A stretch of 64,000 bases of DNA from Macrostomum lignano. Taxonomy: Eukaryota. The DNA lies in NCBI GenBank assembly GCA_002269645.1, contig NIVC01000041.1, forward strand, positions 124,001 through 188,000. The letters are read 5' to 3'. Below the pieces are notes generated by a model. The model did not search any database. It was not told where the DNA came from and was given only the letters and a program-made list of their open reading frames with translations. This document shows, piece by piece, positions 58,896-64,000 of this stretch. Each line of letters begins with the position of its first letter. Positions within the stretch are counted from its first letter, which is position 1. Position numbers and translations under genes: made by a program.

Positions 58896-59256
58896 ACAGC
58901 AGCAACAGCAGCAACATCATTTGCTTCGCGATGCTTACTCAGGCCAGCATCCCGCGTACGGTCGCTACGACATGTACCCGGACTTCGGCTACCATTCGCT
59001 GCACCAGCAGCAGCAGCAGCACCAACAGTACCAGCTGCTCCAGCATCAGCATTTGCAGCCTCAGCAGCTGCAGCCGGACGATCTTAGACAGCATCATCTT
59101 CTTGGCGTTGGCGGCGTTCAGGGCGGCGGCGGCGACGGCGGAGACAACAGCTTGAGCGGAGACTCGTGCAACGGCGGCGGTGCCGGCGGCGGAGACATGG
59201 GCGAGGACATGTCGCCTGCGTCAACTCCCGCGATGGCGTCTAATAACTCCGCTTCA
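58834..59256 (+). CDS. Probable 5' coding exon (poly-Q/His, Gly-rich) of the SoxB1 gene
   Basis: ATG-initiated GC-rich ORF ending at a consensus donor tca|GTGAGT in phase 0, compatible with the acceptor tttgcAG|tgc at 61529. Confidence 0.65.
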
Positions 59257-59261
59257 GTGAG

Positions 59262-60185
59262 TGACAGGGGACATAGGACAGGGGACATAGGACAGGGGAC
59301 ATAGGACAGGGGACATAGGACAGGGGACATAGGACAGGGGACATAGGACAGGGGACATAGGACAGGGGACATAGGACAGGGGACATAGGACAGTGGACAG
59401 GGGGCATAGGACAGTGGACAGGGGACATAGGACAGTTGACAGGGGAAATAGGACAGTGGACAGGGGACATAGGACAGTTGACAGGGGAAATAGGACAGTG
59501 GACAGGGGACATAGGACAGGGGACATAGGACAGGGGACATAGGACAGGAGACATAGGACAATCGAGAGGGGATATAAGACGGCGAACATGAAACAGGGGA
59601 CAGGGGACATAAGACGGGACATATGACAGGGGACATAAGACAGGTGAGATAAGACAGGTGAGATAAGACAGGTGAGATAAGACAGGTGAGATAAGACAGG
59701 TGAGATAAGACAGGTGAGATAAGACAGGTGAGATAAGACAGGTGAGATAAGACAGGTGAGATAAGACAGGTGAGATAAGACAGGTGAGATAAGACAGGTG
59801 AGATAAGACAGGTGAGATAAGACAGGTGAGATAAGACAGGTGAGATAAGACAGGTGAGATAAGACAGGTGAGATAAGACAGGTGAGATAAGACAGGTGAG
59901 ATAAGACAGGTGAGATAAGACAGGTGAGATAAGACAGGTGAGATAAGACAGGTGAGATAAGACAGGTGAGATAAGACAGGGGACATAAGACAGGGGACAT
60001 AAGACAGGAGACATAAGACAGGCGAGATAAGACAGGTGACATAAGACAGGGGACATAAGACAGGGGAGATAAGACAGGGGACATAAGACAGGGGACATAA
60101 GACAGGGGACATAAGACAGGGGACATAAGACAGGGGACATAAGACAGGGGAGATAAGACAGGGGAGATAAGACAGGTGACAAGTG
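59262..60185. repeat. 14-bp minisatellite with two domains (ggggacataggaca and ggtgagataagaca)
   Basis: Starts right after the splice donor; tandem units visible. Confidence 0.96.
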
Positions 60186-61039
60186 AGAAGGACTATAGGG
60201 CTGGGACAGGTGCTCGCTGGCTTCACTTAGCCTCTCAACCAGCGAGCCCCCCGCAGCGCTGCGGCTCCCCTCCGCTTTTGCGTCGTAGTTCATAATGAAA
60301 AAAATTCGCTCCATCTTGTCGTTATTATATTAAAATTCTTGTCGCTCGGGCGGACCCCTTGGGGAGGGGGGCGGCGGCGGTGGGCGTCGAGTCCCCACAT
60401 CCTGCATGCCAGCGCCGCGGGGGGTCCCATAGCAATAATTTTGGGTGGGTGGGGGAGTTTGGGATCCCGCCTCTGCTCCGCTCTCCATCCCCCCTTCGAG
60501 TTGTCAACCCTTAGTGAGCGCCATCAGCCGTAGTGTTCCAGTCTGGCAGCTTGTCATGCCTAGGTAACTAGGCTACGGCTGCGCCCGTGGCCCATTGTCA
60601 GTCTCACCGTGTGCCGTACACCCTCAGCGGGGAATGAGGGAAGCAGAAAAAGTGATGGGAGCAAAGTAGAGAGACTGGCTGGCTGGCTGGCTTGCTGCAA
60701 ATGTGTGAGGAAAGTCTCGCACGCAAAAGCACACCTGCGCGCCTCGAGAAAAAAAGCTGTCATTAGGGGCCCCCGGGGGTGCACTTCTGTCGGAGCAGTA
60801 CTTGCCTCTCATCCTCTATGCTCATGCTTTTTTCCCCGCTTTGCCGGGCAGGGGTAAGAATTTCAAGAGTCTTTTGCTAGTCAATATTCCTCAATTAAAA
60901 ATGTGCATTTCACTCTGTAGGAGTTTGTGTTCTTGGGTAGCTAACAGTTTTTGGATTTCGAACCCTTCCAGAAGCTTTTTCAGGGGCAGTACTGTAAAAT
61001 ATTGGGCAGTTTTTGGTGGTAGGTTGGTATTTTAATCGG

Positions 61040-61125
61040 TAGTATGGTAGGTAGGTAGGTGTGTAGGTAGGTAGGTAGGTAGGTAGGTAGGTAGGTAGGT
61101 AGGTAGGTAGGTAGGTAGGTAGATA
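61040..61125. repeat. (GGTA)n microsatellite
   Basis: Directly visible. Confidence 0.93.
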
Positions 61126-61528
61126 GATGGATCGGCAGCTGAAGTTAGTATAATAGTGGATGCATCTGTAAGTTGATAGTAGGTAAGTAGGGGATAAAAA
61201 GAACGGTTTAAAAACAGGTCCCTATAAGAATTTAAATCTCTAAGAATCCCACTCATTCTATACGAGTACTTTTCATGAAAGATTTCTGAATATCACGAAG
61301 ATAAAATCACCCTATGTACCTCGTATAATCTGCGTTACGTAATTTCCACACTTTACGGCAGTCCCCGGCTGTCTATAGGGAACCAGTCAGTAATTATCCC
61401 TAGACACTGGGCCACAGGTGGATTCAGACCAACTTTACCACGCTCAAAGAGGGCCACCGCTTGTTCTGCTGCAAGTTTTGCGTCATTAATGCCCGAAGAG
61501 CCCCCCCCTGCCGCCTGTGCCTTTGCAG

Positions 61529-62014
61529 TGCACCCCTGTCGGCCACCTGAGCCTGCTGTCTCCGGCAATGACGTCATCGGTGAAGGGCTCCGCCGGAACC
61601 GCCGCATCTGGAGGCGACTCGTCTGGCCGAAAAGACGACCGCGTCAAGCGCCCAATGAACGCCTTCATGGTGTGGAGCCGGGGTCAGCGCCGGAAGATGG
61701 CCCAGGAGAATCCGAAGATGCACAACTCGGAGATCAGCAAGCGTCTCGGCGCCGAGTGGAAGAGTCTCAGCGAGACTGAGAAGCGCCCGTTCATTGATGA
61801 GGCCAAGCGGCTGCGCGCCATCCACATGAAGGACCACCCGGACTATAAGTACCGGCCGAGGCGCAAGACGAAGACCCTGCTGAAGCGGCAGGATCGCTAT
61901 ACGGCTGTGGCCCCTGGAGCAGCCGTTGCCCAGCCTCTGCCTAGGGAATTGTACAGCACCCAGCCGTACATGCCTCATCACCAGCAGCAGCAGCAGCAGC
62001 AACAACAACAACAG

Positions 62015-62055
<41 letters not shown>

Positions 62056-62485
62056 GCAACAGCAACCGCAGCAGTACCATCATCACCATCATCACCTGGG
62101 CAGCATGGATCCGACTGCGGCCTACCATCATCATCACCAGCAGCAGCAGCAGCAGGCAGCCTCCAACATGATGAACATGTCGCACTATGGCAGCTACCTG
62201 CCGCACCTGCCAGCCGCCTACGCCGCCTACGCAGCTCCAGGCATGTCAGGAATGGTTGGCGGCCCCGGCTACATGACAGCTGCTGCCGCCGCGGCCTCCT
62301 CCTACATGCTCAAACAGGAGACTGGCAGCGCCGGCAGTCCAGCAGGCAGCATCGGTGGCGGCGGCGGTGGCAGCCAGTCGCCGACGCCGCTGGTTCAGGC
62401 AGGATTCGCCGAGCACCTGTGCATGCAGTACATGCAGAATGGTCAGAGCAGTCCCGACAACCTGCCCACCATGGGCAGCATATGA
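61529..62485 (+). CDS. SoxB1: SoxB1 (Sox1/2/3-like) HMG-box transcription factor, main exon (alternative single-exon start ATG 61568)
   Basis: HMG box [83 protein letters not shown] is near-identical to Sox2. Group B1-type KTKTLLK extension, poly-Q/His tract, LKQE motif. Confidence 0.95.
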
Positions 62486-64000
62486 GCTGAGACCAGATGG
62501 ATGGACGCAGACAAGACAAGCAGAGAGTGCACAGACCAATGAAGAGTTTGGATTTTGTTTGTTATAATTATTACTTGACTCGGCCCCAGTTCCCGCTGTG
62601 TTTGCTTTCATCTCCCCGTCTCGTGCTCGTCAGATAACTGTGCATATTATTAACTAGTTATTATATTATTGCTGTCATTCGCTTATTGTTAATTGGTTCC
62701 TGTTGCTTCTCTCGTCTTTTGCTGGCCAACTTTCAGGTTTTGAGCAGTTGTTGTCTCTGCGCACAGGATCCGCTTGGACCCCACATTCCCTCTCTTTTCA
62801 AAAGCATCGTCTTTTTTCTGCTTTTGCGTTTCCGTCTTTAATCGGCCACTTTTTTTGATCTGTCAATCAGCGCATATTTATTCCAAAATCAGTTCTTTTA
62901 TCAGCTGGTTACTAAGGGAAAATTCAAATTTTAAGCACCTGAGTGATGGCACCTGCATTTTGACTATCCTGTACCAGCAGCTCCATCAGAGTCCGTTCCA
63001 AGCTTAAAACCACTTTTTTTCTATTGTGGCTTCTGAAACAGTTTAATCCTTTCTGAAACAGAAAGGGTGAATCACTGATCTTGTCTGCGCTTTAACGACA
63101 AGATGTTCCTTCCCTTTGTTCGATTGCTTGCGCTTGCTTGTGAAAGAAGAGTTTTAACACACTGGCATAAAATATTTCTCTATGCATAAATACACACACA
63201 TATCCTACTATGCATACAACTTTATGAACTGAAATCTGTTGTGCATTGTGAAAATCCAAAACGACAATCCAGAATGATGCAACACTTGTTTTTGCCTTTT
63301 GGAAAATTTCAATTTCTTAGCATTTTTCATGCTCCACCTCTCCCTTCCACAGTTTCAATTTTTTTGCATTCTTCATCAGAATTGAAAGCAGCAAACAGAA
63401 GATTCGAATCTCTCATTGTGGATTCGCATTGGTCAGCCACATGCCAGATTTTGAGTCACGCAGATTTCCAAAATCTGCTTCTTTAGAATTCAATTGAGGA
63501 GACCTCGCGGTCTTTGTGCCAAAGATAATCAGCGGCGCAGTTTCGGGCGGGGCAGCTCCTTTTCTGCTTCTAAAAGAAGGAATAAAGAAAAATCTCAGCT
63601 CTGACTGGCACATTTTTTTTCTCAACCCCCCCCCCATCGTTTGGTAGGCCTCGGTCCCCAATCCCCCTGATTGAAATGGCGGATCGCCCGCAGCCATCAG
63701 GCTTTGTCACGGGCAATGAAAAAAGGCGGATCACTTGTTGCAGATTCTGCTTTTATCTTACTCAACAAAAGGAGGCCATGAGCAGCGCTGCACCACTGCT
63801 GCCTCATCTCGCTCACCCCCCCCCTCCCCCCCTGATTGCCAGCCAGTGTCTCCGGGGCTCCACTCAAGATTTCATTTAATTGAAATTAATTCTCCCTGTA
63901 TTGGCTGCAGAATCTCTGGCTGAATTTTTTTCAGCAGCTTGAAGCAGCGGATCCGGGATATTTGCCTAAATTTAAGCAGTAAATTTCCTGTGCACTGAGA

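Overview
Eukaryotic (metazoan) genomic DNA: GC-rich exons sit among very dense micro- and minisatellites. This architecture resembles the flatworm Macrostomum lignano, but the species is an inference and was not verified. Six protein-coding genes are supported: a 2-exon two-pore (K2P) K+ channel (+), a 3-exon ATAD2/Yta7-type AAA-ATPase/bromodomain gene (-, one apparent 1-nt frameshift), a 3-exon CCDC24-like gene (+), a single-exon FAM78-family gene (+), a single-exon class A GPCR (+) and a SoxB1 (Sox2-like) gene (+) with a probable extra 5' poly-Q exon. Small mobile elements include two tRNA-headed SINE-like families, a Merlin-type remnant, a hAT-type element with 8-bp TSD carrying a nested MITE, and a 200-bp MITE with 8-bp TSD inside a minisatellite. 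About 20 distinct tandem arrays are present; all very long repeat ORFs in the track are treated as artefacts. The most unusual unexplained structure is 27.7-36.5 kb. There, a module of 25-bp satellite + 640-bp unique DNA + (TAAC)n is tandemly duplicated, followed by a CCAAT-rich island and a palindrome at which the (TAAC)n strand orientation flips. No novel protein-coding system could be demonstrated from sequence alone. All family assignments come from motif recognition by eye, not from database searches.
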